A stretch of DNA of 64,000 nucleotides from Elusimicrobiota bacterium (lineage in GTDB: Bacteria > Elusimicrobiota > Elusimicrobia > UBA1565), in assembly GCA_043827405.1 (NCBI GenBank), contig JBDRPD010000083.1:1-64000 (forward strand), in the 5' to 3' direction. The position numbers and the translations under genes are program-made. The notes beneath the pieces are model-generated. The model did no database searches. It was not told the origin of the DNA and saw only the letters and a program-made list of their open reading frames with translations. Shown in pieces: positions 9,710 through 19,441 of the stretch (positions are counted from its first letter, which is position 1; every line of letters starts with the position of its first letter).

Positions 9710-10836
9710 ATGTCAAAGAGGTCGCTTTTGCGGATACGCTCCCGGAGCGATGGGATGAGTGGTCGCGGGGCCTTGATGACGCGACCTACTTTCACTGCCG
9801 GCATTGGCTGGCGTTTAGCGCCGGTTTCTCCCGCGTGCTCGAGCATCTGTCCTTTGCCCTTCTCGGCGATCGGGATGAGCCGCTGGCGCTGTGTCCGCTG
9901 GCGGTAAGCGAGGGCGTCGACGGCGAGCGCGAGATCTCGTTTAGCGGCATGCCCGTGGCGGTGCCGGCGGCGGCGCGGGTGGCGCCCAGCGCAAGGCGCA
10001 AGCTGCTCGACGCCGCGTACTCGAGAATCGCGGCGGCGGCGGATAAATACGGCGCCCAAACGCTGCTGTTCGGGGGGGATCCGCTTACTGTCGCCCGCTG
10101 CCGAGGCGACGCGCTCAGCGATGCGGCTTCGTTTGAGCCGCTGCGCTACGGGCTGCACTATCACGTTCTGCCGACGCAGGTGATTGATCTGGCGCCCAGT
10201 GAGGAAGAGTTGGTGGCGGCCATGAGCAAGTACCAGCGCCGGCACGTGCGCAAGGCGCGAGCGGCGGGTTTGCGCTTCATGGTCTTCAGCGCGGAGCATA
10301 ACCGCGAGGGTTTCGGCGAGCATTTTCGCCTGCTCCAGGAGGCGCATCGGAAGGCTGCCGGGGGAGCGACCCGGCCGCAATGCACCTGGGATGCGATGCG
10401 GCGGATGGGGGAGGACGGGCAAGCGAGCCTGTTTGTCGTGTCGGCCGACGGCGTGCCGGCCAGCTTTTTGTTCTGCGGCGAGTTCTCCGCCATGGCTTTC
10501 GGCTGGTCGCAGGTCAACGATAAGGAGCGGGAGTCCAGGGGCGCGCTGCGGCACCTGCTGGAGTGGGAGGCGATTGTGCACTATAAGCGCCGGGGCTTCC
10601 GCTTCTATGAGCTCGGTGCGCGCTTTTACGGTCCGCAGCTGTTCTACGCGCCGAGCCCCAAGGAAATTACGATCAGCGAGTTCAAGGAGCGCTACGGCGC
10701 TCTGCAGTTGCCGAAGGTTTCCTGGTTCGGCTACCGGGATCAGGCGGTGATGGAAAAGACACTGACCGAAAAAACGCGCACTTTGCTCAAGGCGCGCCCG
10801 CTGTTCCGGCTGCCGGGCGAAGAAGAAAACGGCTAG
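9706..10836 (+). CDS. FemAB-like double-GNAT acyl/aminoacyltransferase
   Basis: IDLAPSEEELVAAMSKYQRRHVRKA, HLLEWEAIVHYKRRGFRFYELG, ISEFKERYG. Confidence 0.8.
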   Translation: MNVKEVAFADTLPERWDEWSRGLDDATYFHCRHWLAFSAGFSRVLEHLSFALLGDRDEPLALCPLAVSEGVDGEREISFSGMPVAVPAAARVAPSARRKLLDAAYSRIAAAADKYGAQTLLFGGDPLTVARCRGDALSDAASFEPLRYGLHYHVLPTQVIDLAPSEEELVAAMSKYQRRHVRKARAAGLRFMVFSAEHNREGFGEHFRLLQEAHRKAAGGATRPQCTWDAMRRMGEDGQASLFVVSADGVPASFLFCGEFSAMAFGWSQVNDKERESRGALRHLLEWEAIVHYKRRGFRFYELGARFYGPQLFYAPSPKEITISEFKERYGALQLPKVSWFGYRDQAVMEKTLTEKTRTLLKARPLFRLPGEEENG

Positions 10837-12743
10837 TCCCGCTTCGTCAGCAATTCCCGGAAGCGCTCGACGGCCCGTCCATCCCTGAAGGGGTCCATTA
10901 GCGGAGACTCTGCCGGAAACGGGTTGACGGCGGCGTCTTTGCCGTTCTTGGCGCGCGCTGCGGCGGCCAGTAGCTCGGCGAAGCTGTGCGATACCGCGCC
11001 GGGAATGACGCGGTAGGCGCTGTCCCGGTACAGTCCGAGGACGTCGTGCCACAGCGCCGGCTTGTTGATGCAGAACGCCTCATATGTCGTTGAGGTGAAA
11101 GGAAACGAAACCACAATATCCGCAGCGGCGATGACGTCGGAGGTGTCGGCCTCGTGCGGCAGCGTCCTGAATCGCGGGTGGTCGTCCATCTGCTGGTAGA
11201 GCTCGACCAGCTCCGGACCCAGGACAGGTTCGTACTGGGCATGGGTCGATCGCGGTTTTTTCTCCTTGAAGTCGATGACCGTGTCCGGCATCTCTTCGGC
11301 TAGGCGTAGAATATCGCGCGCGAAGGCGATGCCTTCGCTGTAGGTGCCGTTCCCTTTGCGCGCGTAGGAGGTGTCGAAGACTGCAATGCGCAGAGGGCGG
11401 CCGGCGGCCGGAGGTTTCTTCTGCGGCCCCGCCCAGAGGCAGCCCACGACATGCGCTTCCATCGCGGTGCCGGGGTGGGTGTTGAAGTAAGCGGCGCACG
11501 CGGCGCACCATGTCACAAAGTGGTCGTATAGCAGATAGGTCCAGAACGGCACGCGCGTCGACTCTCCTTCCGCCTGTCCGACGTAGCCATGGCTCATCGA
11601 GTCGGAAAAGTACCAAGTCTGCACGCCGGCCTGCTTGAGCGCGATGTTGCGGCCGACGTGATGCAGCCCGAAATCACAGTGCGTGATGAAGTGGCGCAAC
11701 GAGACGTGCTTTAGCAGCGCCGTCCAGGAGGTGAAGTGGAACAGGGTGACGCAGGCGGCGCGGATCTCGGCCGCTTCCCGCGTCCAGCGTCCGCGCCGGG
11801 CGGCAATAAGCAACTTAAGCCATTTGGCAAAGTCGGAAAAAAAGCGGCCGCTGCGCGGCGGGTAGACTACCGGACCGCCTAGGCGCTCGAGCTCTCGCCG
11901 CTGTGCGGCGCTGAGGTTGAACGCCGGGATTACCGCCACGTCCCGGCTTTTTATCCTTTTGCCGTCGATGAAGAAGGCCGGGCCGCGCCGGGGATTAGCG
12001 AGCTGGCGTGCGCTGGCGAGGGTGGCGCCGTAGGGGAACTCGCGGCGTTCTCGTCGGCAAGGGGTGAGCCACCCCAACAGGCCGCTGGCGGCGGTTTGGG
12101 CGCATAGCGCCAGCAGCATCTTGAGCGCCGCCAAGTCCTCGCGTCGGCGGTCGCGCTTTTCCAACTCGGGAGGGAATAGGATATCCGGATGCGCGAAGCG
12201 GCGACAGCCGCTGCGGTCTACGATCTCTTCCAGATCATGGTAGCATGCGGTACTCATGTCCGGATAAAAGAGGATGGGGCCGGCGCCGAGATGTTCGTGC
12301 AGCCGCTCCAGTATGAGGTTCTGTGAGAAGAATACGGCCAAGCGTTCGCACAGCAGCTTCTTAAACGCGTGCTCCGCCTCCGGCGCGACCAGAGCGTCGC
12401 GGACGCTGTCGATGAGCGCCGCGTGTTCCCTGCGGTATTCCGGATAGACCTCATCGATGGAGGCGACCGCCCGCTCCGCCGTTCGGGCATACAGCGTTCG
12501 TTCGCCCAAAGCGCTGATCGGGATCAGTTGCAGCTGTTTGTCGGCGATCATCTTCTCGGCCCAGTCGGGATGCGTCGCCGAGAGCCAGGGGTGTCGTTCG
12601 CCGGTCTTGTGGTGGGCGAGGAACGGTTCGATGACGCAGACTCGGCGGGAGGAGGCAGCCCAGCGTTCGACCATCGCGCGGTCGAGGCCGGCGAAGGATT
12701 CGATGACGATAACGGGCTTAGATGCCCTCACAGGGGATGACAT
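10833..12743 (-). CDS. Polysaccharide biosynthesis PFTS-motif protein (GT-B-like)
   Basis: IAVFDTS, VVSFPFTSTTYEA, MDPFRDGRAVERFRELL; start taken as ATG 12743. Confidence 0.8.
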   Translation of the reverse strand: MSSPVRASKPVIVIESFAGLDRAMVERWAASSRRVCVIEPFLAHHKTGERHPWLSATHPDWAEKMIADKQLQLIPISALGERTLYARTAERAVASIDEVYPEYRREHAALIDSVRDALVAPEAEHAFKKLLCERLAVFFSQNLILERLHEHLGAGPILFYPDMSTACYHDLEEIVDRSGCRRFAHPDILFPPELEKRDRRREDLAALKMLLALCAQTAASGLLGWLTPCRRERREFPYGATLASARQLANPRRGPAFFIDGKRIKSRDVAVIPAFNLSAAQRRELERLGGPVVYPPRSGRFFSDFAKWLKLLIAARRGRWTREAAEIRAACVTLFHFTSWTALLKHVSLRHFITHCDFGLHHVGRNIALKQAGVQTWYFSDSMSHGYVGQAEGESTRVPFWTYLLYDHFVTWCAACAAYFNTHPGTAMEAHVVGCLWAGPQKKPPAAGRPLRIAVFDTSYARKGNGTYSEGIAFARDILRLAEEMPDTVIDFKEKKPRSTHAQYEPVLGPELVELYQQMDDHPRFRTLPHEADTSDVIAAADIVVSFPFTSTTYEAFCINKPALWHDVLGLYRDSAYRVIPGAVSHSFAELLAAAARAKNGKDAAVNPFPAESPLMDPFRDGRAVERFRELLTKRD

Positions 12744-13854
12744 AAAGAGGTAGGGGGAATACCGCGTTAAGAAGCCGATCACCGGCGGGGATGAACGGCA
12801 GCTCAGATGGTCTTTCCGGCCCGAACAGCAGGCGGGTGAGCTCCGGGCGCGAATAGCTCCCCGCGATCGTTCGGGGTTGCGCCGGGGTGCGCCATTCCTG
12901 CGCTGTTCCATCCATGGCCAGGCGCAGGGAGAGCCCGAGCTCGCGCAGGTTGGGAAGCAGCAGCGGTTCGAGCTTTTCCATAAGCCGCGGCAAATTATTG
13001 ATGCGCACGTTCGCGAGATGCTCGTCGTGCTTCCATTCATGGAAGTGGAAGAGGTTGCGGTCGAGTTCCGCGGCAAGGGGGTCGTTGTGGATCGCGCACT
13101 CCATGCAGCCTGTATCGCGCATTAGGTGGTTGAGCACTGCCAATACGGACGCCCAGGGGCCGGCGGCATGATAGATTTCAAGGAGTTTGGTGCCGGCTTC
13201 GGGGGGATGTGCGGTGGTGACCATCGCAGCAGCATCTTTGTCGTCGTATATGTAGGTTTTGTGCCGGGCGCGCTGTAAGGCGCGGAGCACGCTGTCTTGC
13301 GCCAGATTAGGCAGTCGCAGATTCCCTTGGCCCGCCAGGCCGCGAACTAGCTTCGTGTCGCGCACGGGGTCGAGCTCTCTTATGCGGCACACTTGCTCTG
13401 AGGAGGGCTCGCTGAACTTGCGCGCCGGGATGTAGTATTTGCTCTTCCGACCGCACAGCTCGTAGCCGAAGCGATGGTATAGGTCTCGATGCCCCCACAG
13501 CAGGCCCAGCGGCTGGTCGGCGTCGCTCATGCTGCGGTGGGCGGCGTCCATCAGGGCGCGCATATGCCCCCGGCCGCGCGCTTCGGGAAGGGTGGCGACG
13601 CCGGTAATGACGGCAGCATCGACATCGATGCCGCCGATTCGAAGCGTCATTGGCAGCGCCGCCACGGCGGCCATGATCTTTCCCGCATCTTTACTGATGA
13701 GGCAGTGGGGGTATGGGTCGAAACTCTCGCAGGCGAAAATATGGCTTTGCAGCTCATTCCAGCCCTTGTCGAAGCGATTGCGGAGGATGCAGTCCTCCCA
13801 GAGCCTAAGGAGTTCTTGGCTGTCGCGGCGGCGGGCTCGCTCGATGCTGCTCAT
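12718..13854 (-). CDS. GNAT N-acetyltransferase, Eis-like
   Basis: ITGVATLPEARGRGHMRALM acetyl-CoA motif, LYHRFGYE. Confidence 0.82.
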   Translation of the reverse strand: MSSIERARRRDSQELLRLWEDCILRNRFDKGWNELQSHIFACESFDPYPHCLISKDAGKIMAAVAALPMTLRIGGIDVDAAVITGVATLPEARGRGHMRALMDAAHRSMSDADQPLGLLWGHRDLYHRFGYELCGRKSKYYIPARKFSEPSSEQVCRIRELDPVRDTKLVRGLAGQGNLRLPNLAQDSVLRALQRARHKTYIYDDKDAAAMVTTAHPPEAGTKLLEIYHAAGPWASVLAVLNHLMRDTGCMECAIHNDPLAAELDRNLFHFHEWKHDEHLANVRINNLPRLMEKLEPLLLPNLRELGLSLRLAMDGTAQEWRTPAQPRTIAGSYSRPELTRLLFGPERPSELPFIPAGDRLLNAVFPLPLYVIPCEGI

Positions 13855-13968
13855 GGCGGGATGTTACCCGTTATGCGGGCGGATTGGCAAGTTGCGGAGC
13901 ATCACTTTTGTTTATATTCATAATTTATAACAGACTAATTTAACAATTGAAACGGGCCATTAGATATT

Positions 13969-13983
13969 GTTCAATATATGAAC
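13969..13983. promoter_or_regulatory. Palindromic operator, copy 3 (GTTCA-ATATA-TGAAC; the dyad extends to TTGTTCA/TGAACAA)
   Basis: In the AT-rich intergenic region, overlapping a candidate -10 (TTGAAA 13947-17 bp-TTCAAT) ahead of the ~20 kb operon. Confidence 0.75.
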
Positions 13984-14009
13984 AAGCAAGGAGGCTGACG
14001 ATAATTATT

Positions 14010-15038
14010 ATGGCTAAGAGACAATTTGCTCGGGTACTGGTGACCGGAGGGGCTGGTTATGTCGGCTGCGTGCTGGTCCGCAAACTGCTTGCGGCGGGCT
14101 ATGAGGTCGTAGTCTACGATATCTTATATTACGGCAAGGATGGGCTGCCGGAACATGACAAGCTGCGTCTGATTGAGGGCGATATCCGGGATGCCGGCGC
14201 GATGCGTGAAGCGCTTGTCGGCGTCGATGCCGTCATTCATTTGGCCTGCATCTCCAATGACCCGAGCTACGACCTCGATCCCGAGCTCGGCAAGTCCATC
14301 AACTTCGACAGCTTTGAGCCGATGGTTCAGGCCAGTAAGGCGGCTGGCGTCAAGCGATTCATCAACGTCTCTTCGAGTTCGGTTTACGGCATCAGCGATG
14401 CCCCCGAAGTTACCGAAGAACATCCGCTTAACCCATTGACCGACTACAGCAAGTACAAATTGATGTGCGAAGAGGTCCTGCAGCGGTATCGCGAGCCGGG
14501 CTTCTGCTGCGCCACGATACGACCGGCAACCGTTTGCGGTTATTCGCCGCGGCTGCGTCTGGACTTGTCGATCAATATCCTTACCAACTTGGCATACCGC
14601 AACCGTAAGATTACGGTCTTCGGCGGCACCCAGAAACGCCCGAACATCCATATCGACGACATCGTTGATCTCTACCTGCTGCTGCTTGAGCTCGCTGATG
14701 TGAAAATCGACGGCAAGGTCTACAATGCGGGATATGAGAACTTCACCATCGCCGAGCTCGCCGAAATGATCCGCAAGGTGGTGGAGGAAGAGTTCCCGGA
14801 TAAGGCGCCGATCGAGATCGCCACCACACCGACCGACGATCTGCGCTCCTACCATGTCTGCTCGCGGAAGATCGAGCGCGAATTGGGTTTTACCCCTCAA
14901 CGCGGGCTGGATGACGCGGTGCGGGGACTGTGCGCCGCGTTTAAAGCCGGCCGGATTCCCGATAGCCTTGAGGATAACAGGTATTTTAATGTGCGGACCA
15001 TGAAGGTGCTGGCGGCGGGTAAGGCGGCCGGGGCGTGA
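14010..15038 (+). CDS. NAD-dependent epimerase/dehydratase
   Basis: [40 protein letters not shown]; start moved to ATG 14010. Confidence 0.9.
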   Translation: MAKRQFARVLVTGGAGYVGCVLVRKLLAAGYEVVVYDILYYGKDGLPEHDKLRLIEGDIRDAGAMREALVGVDAVIHLACISNDPSYDLDPELGKSINFDSFEPMVQASKAAGVKRFINVSSSSVYGISDAPEVTEEHPLNPLTDYSKYKLMCEEVLQRYREPGFCCATIRPATVCGYSPRLRLDLSINILTNLAYRNRKITVFGGTQKRPNIHIDDIVDLYLLLLELADVKIDGKVYNAGYENFTIAELAEMIRKVVEEEFPDKAPIEIATTPTDDLRSYHVCSRKIERELGFTPQRGLDDAVRGLCAAFKAGRIPDSLEDNRYFNVRTMKVLAAGKAAGA

Positions 15039-16072
15039 GCGACGGGGCCGACGGCAAGACGGCGGTTGTCACCGGGGGCGCCGGCTTTATCGGCAGCCAT
15101 CTGGTCGACCGTCTGCTGGCTGAAGGCTGCCTGGTGCGCGTTATCGATAATTTTTCAACGGGTCGGCCGGAAAACCTGGAACATGTTCGCGGTCATGAAG
15201 GGCTGGCGGTCCATGAAGCGGACATCTGCGATGCGGCGGCCATTAGGCCGCTGTTTACCGGCGCCGACTGGGTTTTTCATATTGCGGCGCTGGCTGATAT
15301 CGTGCCGTCCATCGAAAATCCGCAGAAGTATTTCAACTCCAACGTCGTCGGGACGCAGAACGTGCTGGAGGCGGCGCGCGGCGCCGGGATCCAGCGCTTC
15401 GTTTATGCGGCATCCTCCTCCTGCTACGGTATTCCCGATGCCTATCCGACACGGGAGGACGCGGCGATCCGGCCGCAGTACCCGTACGCGCTGACGAAGT
15501 ATCTGGGCGAGGAGCTGGTCCGGCACTGGGGGCAGGTCTATAAGCTGCCGATCGCTTCGCTGAGGTTCTTTAATGTCTACGGTCCGCGCTCGCGTACGTC
15601 GGGGACCTACGGCGCGGTCTTCGGCGTGTTTCTGGCGCAGAAGCTCAAGGGTCGGCCGTACACCGTGGTGGGCGACGGCGAGCAGACCCGCGACTTTACC
15701 TATGTTACGGATGTCGTCGACGCGGTTTATACCGCGGCGCGGCATGAGCAAGCGGCGGGGCAGGTGTTTAATGTCGGTTCCGGCAGTACCTACAGCGTGA
15801 ACCGTCTGGTGGAGCTGTTGGACGGCGAGGTCGTCCATATCCCCAAGCGGCCGGGTGAGCCGGACTGTACGTTTGCGGATATCGCAAAGATCCGCGATCG
15901 GCTGGGCTGGCGGGCAACGGTGAGCTTTGAGGACGGAGTCGCGAAGATGCTGGAAAATATCGATTACTGGCGGGAAGCGCCGGTGTGGACCGAAAATTCC
16001 ATAGAGAAGGCGACGGAAAAATGGTTTCAGTACCTGTCGCCTGAGAGTGGGGCCGTGGAGGGAAAAAAGTGA
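15035..16072 (+). CDS. NAD-dependent epimerase/dehydratase
   Basis: [37 protein letters not shown]. Confidence 0.92.
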   Translation: MSDGADGKTAVVTGGAGFIGSHLVDRLLAEGCLVRVIDNFSTGRPENLEHVRGHEGLAVHEADICDAAAIRPLFTGADWVFHIAALADIVPSIENPQKYFNSNVVGTQNVLEAARGAGIQRFVYAASSSCYGIPDAYPTREDAAIRPQYPYALTKYLGEELVRHWGQVYKLPIASLRFFNVYGPRSRTSGTYGAVFGVFLAQKLKGRPYTVVGDGEQTRDFTYVTDVVDAVYTAARHEQAAGQVFNVGSGSTYSVNRLVELLDGEVVHIPKRPGEPDCTFADIAKIRDRLGWRATVSFEDGVAKMLENIDYWREAPVWTENSIEKATEKWFQYLSPESGAVEGKK

Positions 16073-17634
16073 AGAAGACCAGCGCGGCCAAGAAGAAGCG
16101 CGTCGTCGATGCGCGGCGCTCGCCGAAAATCAAAACACTCAAAGAACTGCGGCGCATTATCCGCGCGTCGCGCCGCCGCGGCCGTCGTGTTGCGCTCTGC
16201 CATGGCGTGTTCGACCTGCTGCATCCTGGGCATATCGTGCATTTTCAGGAAGCGCGGAGCCATGGAGACCTCCTCGTCGTATCGCTTACGCCGGACCGCT
16301 ACGTCAATAAGGGGCCGGGACGGCCGTTTTTCCCGGAAGCCCTGCGCATGGAGTCCCTCGCGGCGATCGAATCCGTCGACTACGTCGTGCTCAACGAATG
16401 GCCGACCGCGACTAAGATGCTGAAGCTTCTGCAGCCCAACTTCTACGTCAAGGGCGGCGACTATGCGGATGCGCGCAAGGACCTCACGGGCAAGATCGTC
16501 GAGGAGGCGGAGGCGATGCGGTCGTTCGGCGGTCGTCTGGTCTTTACCGAAGGATTCACCTCGAGCTCCAGCCGCTTGCTCAACCGCTTCTTCAGCGTAT
16601 ATCCCAAGGCGACACAGGAGTACCTGCATGCTTTTCGCCGAGAGTACACCGCCGACGAGGTCGTGGGGCACCTAAAGGGCCTGCGCGATCTGCGCGTTCT
16701 CGTCGTGGGCGAGGCCATCCTTGACCAATACACCTACTGCCTGCCTCTTGGGAAATCCCCCAAGGAGACGATCGTGTCCACCAAATTCCTTTCCGACGAA
16801 CTGTTCGCCGGCGGGGCGGTGGCGACCGCCAATCATATCGCGGGTCTGTGCAAGGAGGTTGTGCTGCTGACCGCTCTGGGAGAGGACCAGGCGCAGGAGA
16901 AGTTCGTCCGCCGCAAACTTAAGGGCAATGTGCGCCTGGAGCTGATGCGTACGATGGACCGCCCCAGCGTCCGCAAGCGGCGCTTTATCAGTTCGCCGGA
17001 GATGCGCAAGATGTTCGAGATCCAGTTTCTTAATGACGAGCCGCTGCAGACCCGCGACGAAAAGGTCTTTGCGCGCATGCTGCAGCAGCAGCTGCGCAGC
17101 TGCGATCTGGTGGTCGTCAACGATTTTGGCCACGGCCTGCTGACGGAGGGCCTGCGCCGGGACCTGAGCCGCTGCCGCAGGTTCCTGGCGCTTAATACCC
17201 AGTCCAACTCGGCCAATCTCGGCTTCAATGAAATTACAAAGTACTCGCGTGCCGACTACGTCTCTATCGATGAGCTGGAGCTGCGTCTGGCCTGGGGCGA
17301 GAAGCACTTCGAGATCGACGCCATGACGAAAGCGCTGCGCCGTCGCATCGGCGCCCAGAAGTTCCTCGTCAGCCGGGGAGCCAAGGGTTCGGTGATCCAT
17401 GATCGCGCGGGCTTCCATGTGTCGCCGGCGCTGGCGACGCGGATTGTGGACCGCATCGGCGCCGGCGACGCCCTGTTCGCGGTGACGTCGCCGCTGGCCT
17501 ATAAGAAGACGCCGTCGGATATTCTCGGCTTTATCGGCAACTGCGTCGGTGCGCTGGCGGTCGAGATCGTGTGCAACCGCGAATCGATCGAGCCGGTGCC
17601 GCTGTTTAAATTTGTGGAGACGCTGCTGAAATAG
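16069..17634 (+). CDS. Bifunctional nucleotidyltransferase / PfkB-family sugar kinase (RfaE/HldE-like, reversed domain order)
   Basis: N-terminal GVFDLLHPGH (HIGH-like); C-terminal DFGHG and VDRIGAGDA ribokinase motif. Confidence 0.9.
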   Translation: MKKTSAAKKKRVVDARRSPKIKTLKELRRIIRASRRRGRRVALCHGVFDLLHPGHIVHFQEARSHGDLLVVSLTPDRYVNKGPGRPFFPEALRMESLAAIESVDYVVLNEWPTATKMLKLLQPNFYVKGGDYADARKDLTGKIVEEAEAMRSFGGRLVFTEGFTSSSSRLLNRFFSVYPKATQEYLHAFRREYTADEVVGHLKGLRDLRVLVVGEAILDQYTYCLPLGKSPKETIVSTKFLSDELFAGGAVATANHIAGLCKEVVLLTALGEDQAQEKFVRRKLKGNVRLELMRTMDRPSVRKRRFISSPEMRKMFEIQFLNDEPLQTRDEKVFARMLQQQLRSCDLVVVNDFGHGLLTEGLRRDLSRCRRFLALNTQSNSANLGFNEITKYSRADYVSIDELELRLAWGEKHFEIDAMTKALRRRIGAQKFLVSRGAKGSVIHDRAGFHVSPALATRIVDRIGAGDALFAVTSPLAYKKTPSDILGFIGNCVGALAVEIVCNRESIEPVPLFKFVETLLK

Positions 17635-17642
17635 GAGCGCTT

Positions 17643-18305
17643 ATGGCATATGTGGATTTTGTCCTGAAGAATCACCGCAAAACCAAACGCGACTACGTCG
17701 GGCGAGTCGTTCAGGAAGATAAGGCCGCCTGCGCCGAGGTGGCGGTTCAATACGGCAGGGAGTATTGGGACGGAGATCGCAAGTACGGTTACGGCGGGTA
17801 TGTCTATGACGGGCGGTGGCGGGCCGTCGCTGAGGAAATGGCGCGCCACTACGGCATTCGCGCGGGCGACCGCATTCTCGACGTCGGCTGCGGCAAGGGC
17901 TACCTGCTCTACGAGTTCACCCGGGCTATTCCCGGCGTTAAAGTGGCAGGAATCGACATATCCTCTTACGCGATCGACAATGCGAAGGAAGAGGTGAAGG
18001 AGCAGTTGACCGTCGGCAACGCGACGAAGCTGCCGTACCCGGATGACAGCTTCGACTACGTGTACTCCCTGATCACCCTGCACAATCTTTACGTAAATGA
18101 GCTTAAGGATGCGGTTCAGGAGATCGAGCGGGTCGGATGCAAGCATAAGCATATCAGTATCGAAACCTACCGTAATGAGCGTGAAAAGGCGAACCTTCTC
18201 TATTGGCAGCTGACGTGCCGCTCCTTCTATACGCCGCAGGAGTGGGAATGGCTGTTCGCGGAGTGGGGCTATACCGGAGACTATTCCTATATCGTGTTTG
18301 AGTGA
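17643..18305 (+). CDS. Class I SAM-dependent methyltransferase
   Basis: ILDVGCGKG, LPYPDDSFD. Confidence 0.9.
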   Translation: MAYVDFVLKNHRKTKRDYVGRVVQEDKAACAEVAVQYGREYWDGDRKYGYGGYVYDGRWRAVAEEMARHYGIRAGDRILDVGCGKGYLLYEFTRAIPGVKVAGIDISSYAIDNAKEEVKEQLTVGNATKLPYPDDSFDYVYSLITLHNLYVNELKDAVQEIERVGCKHKHISIETYRNEREKANLLYWQLTCRSFYTPQEWEWLFAEWGYTGDYSYIVFE

Positions 18306-18308
18306 ATT

Positions 18309-19436
18309 ATGACAGCAGTCAATAAGAACCCGCAGCAGGTCCGTTACTCCTATCTCGCGCGCCAGTTCGCGGATATCGACAAAATACTCGACGACGTGCG
18401 CGCGCTGGTGCGTTCCGGGGATTTTACGTTGGGCGCGGCGGTAAGCGAGTTTGAAGAGAGGTTTGCCCGCGTCATCGGCACCAAGCACGCGGTCGGGGTC
18501 GGTTCCGGGACCGACGCGCTTTTTCTGTCATTAAAGGCGGTGGGCGTGGGCCCCGGCGACGAGGTGATTACCTCCGCGAACACCTTCGTCGCGACCGCCG
18601 GCGCCATCGCCACCGCGGGCGCGAAGGTCGTTTTCGTCGACTGCGACGACCGCTTCGTGATTGATCCCGGCAAGATCGAGGCGGCGATTACCGAAAAAAC
18701 GAAGGCTATTATGCCGGTGCATTGGGGCGGGCAGCCAGCGAATATGCCGCAGATTCTGCAGCTCGCACAATCCCGCGGCCTGCCCGTTATTGAAGACGCC
18801 TGCCAGTCCATCGGCGCCGCTGTCGGCGGAAAGCGCTGCGGTACCTTCGGCGATGCCGCGGGCTTCAGCCTGCATCCGCTCAAGAACCTGAACGTCTGGG
18901 GGGACGGCGGAGTTATAACGACCAACTCCGCGGAGCTGCGCGATAAGCTGCGGCTGCTGCGCAACCACGGCATGACGACCAGGGATGAGTACGCGTTCTA
19001 TGCCTACAACAGCCGTCTGGATTCGCTGCAGGCCGTTGTGGGCAATCACCTTATTGGGGACACCGAGTGGATCACGGAGGCCCGGATTAAGAATGCCCGC
19101 CGTCTCGATGCGGCTCTGGCGCTCCTTGATAAGCATTTGACGCTCCCGCGGCGTGAGCCCTCCGAGACGCATGTATATCATCTGTATCAGTTTCTCACGC
19201 CGCGGCGGGACGAACTGCACGGGTTTTTGCGCGACAAAGGCATCGGCGCGAAAATCCACTACCCCCGGCCGCTGCACCTGCAGCCGGCGAGCGCGGCGTA
19301 CGGCTACCAGGAGGGGGATTTTCCGGTCGCGGAGGCGCAGGCGAAGCAGACGATCACTTTGTCGGTCCATCAGCATCTCACCGATGATGAGGTGCGTTAT
19401 ATGATCGATTCTATTCGCGAGTTCTTTGGAGCTTGA
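18309..19436 (+). CDS. DegT/DnrJ/EryC1/StrS sugar aminotransferase
   Basis: SGTDAL, IEDACQ, SLHPLKNLNVWGDGG, NSRLD, HYPRPLHLQ. Confidence 0.92.
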   Translation: MTAVNKNPQQVRYSYLARQFADIDKILDDVRALVRSGDFTLGAAVSEFEERFARVIGTKHAVGVGSGTDALFLSLKAVGVGPGDEVITSANTFVATAGAIATAGAKVVFVDCDDRFVIDPGKIEAAITEKTKAIMPVHWGGQPANMPQILQLAQSRGLPVIEDACQSIGAAVGGKRCGTFGDAAGFSLHPLKNLNVWGDGGVITTNSAELRDKLRLLRNHGMTTRDEYAFYAYNSRLDSLQAVVGNHLIGDTEWITEARIKNARRLDAALALLDKHLTLPRREPSETHVYHLYQFLTPRRDELHGFLRDKGIGAKIHYPRPLHLQPASAAYGYQEGDFPVAEAQAKQTITLSVHQHLTDDEVRYMIDSIREFFGA

Positions 19437-19441
19437 GTTTT

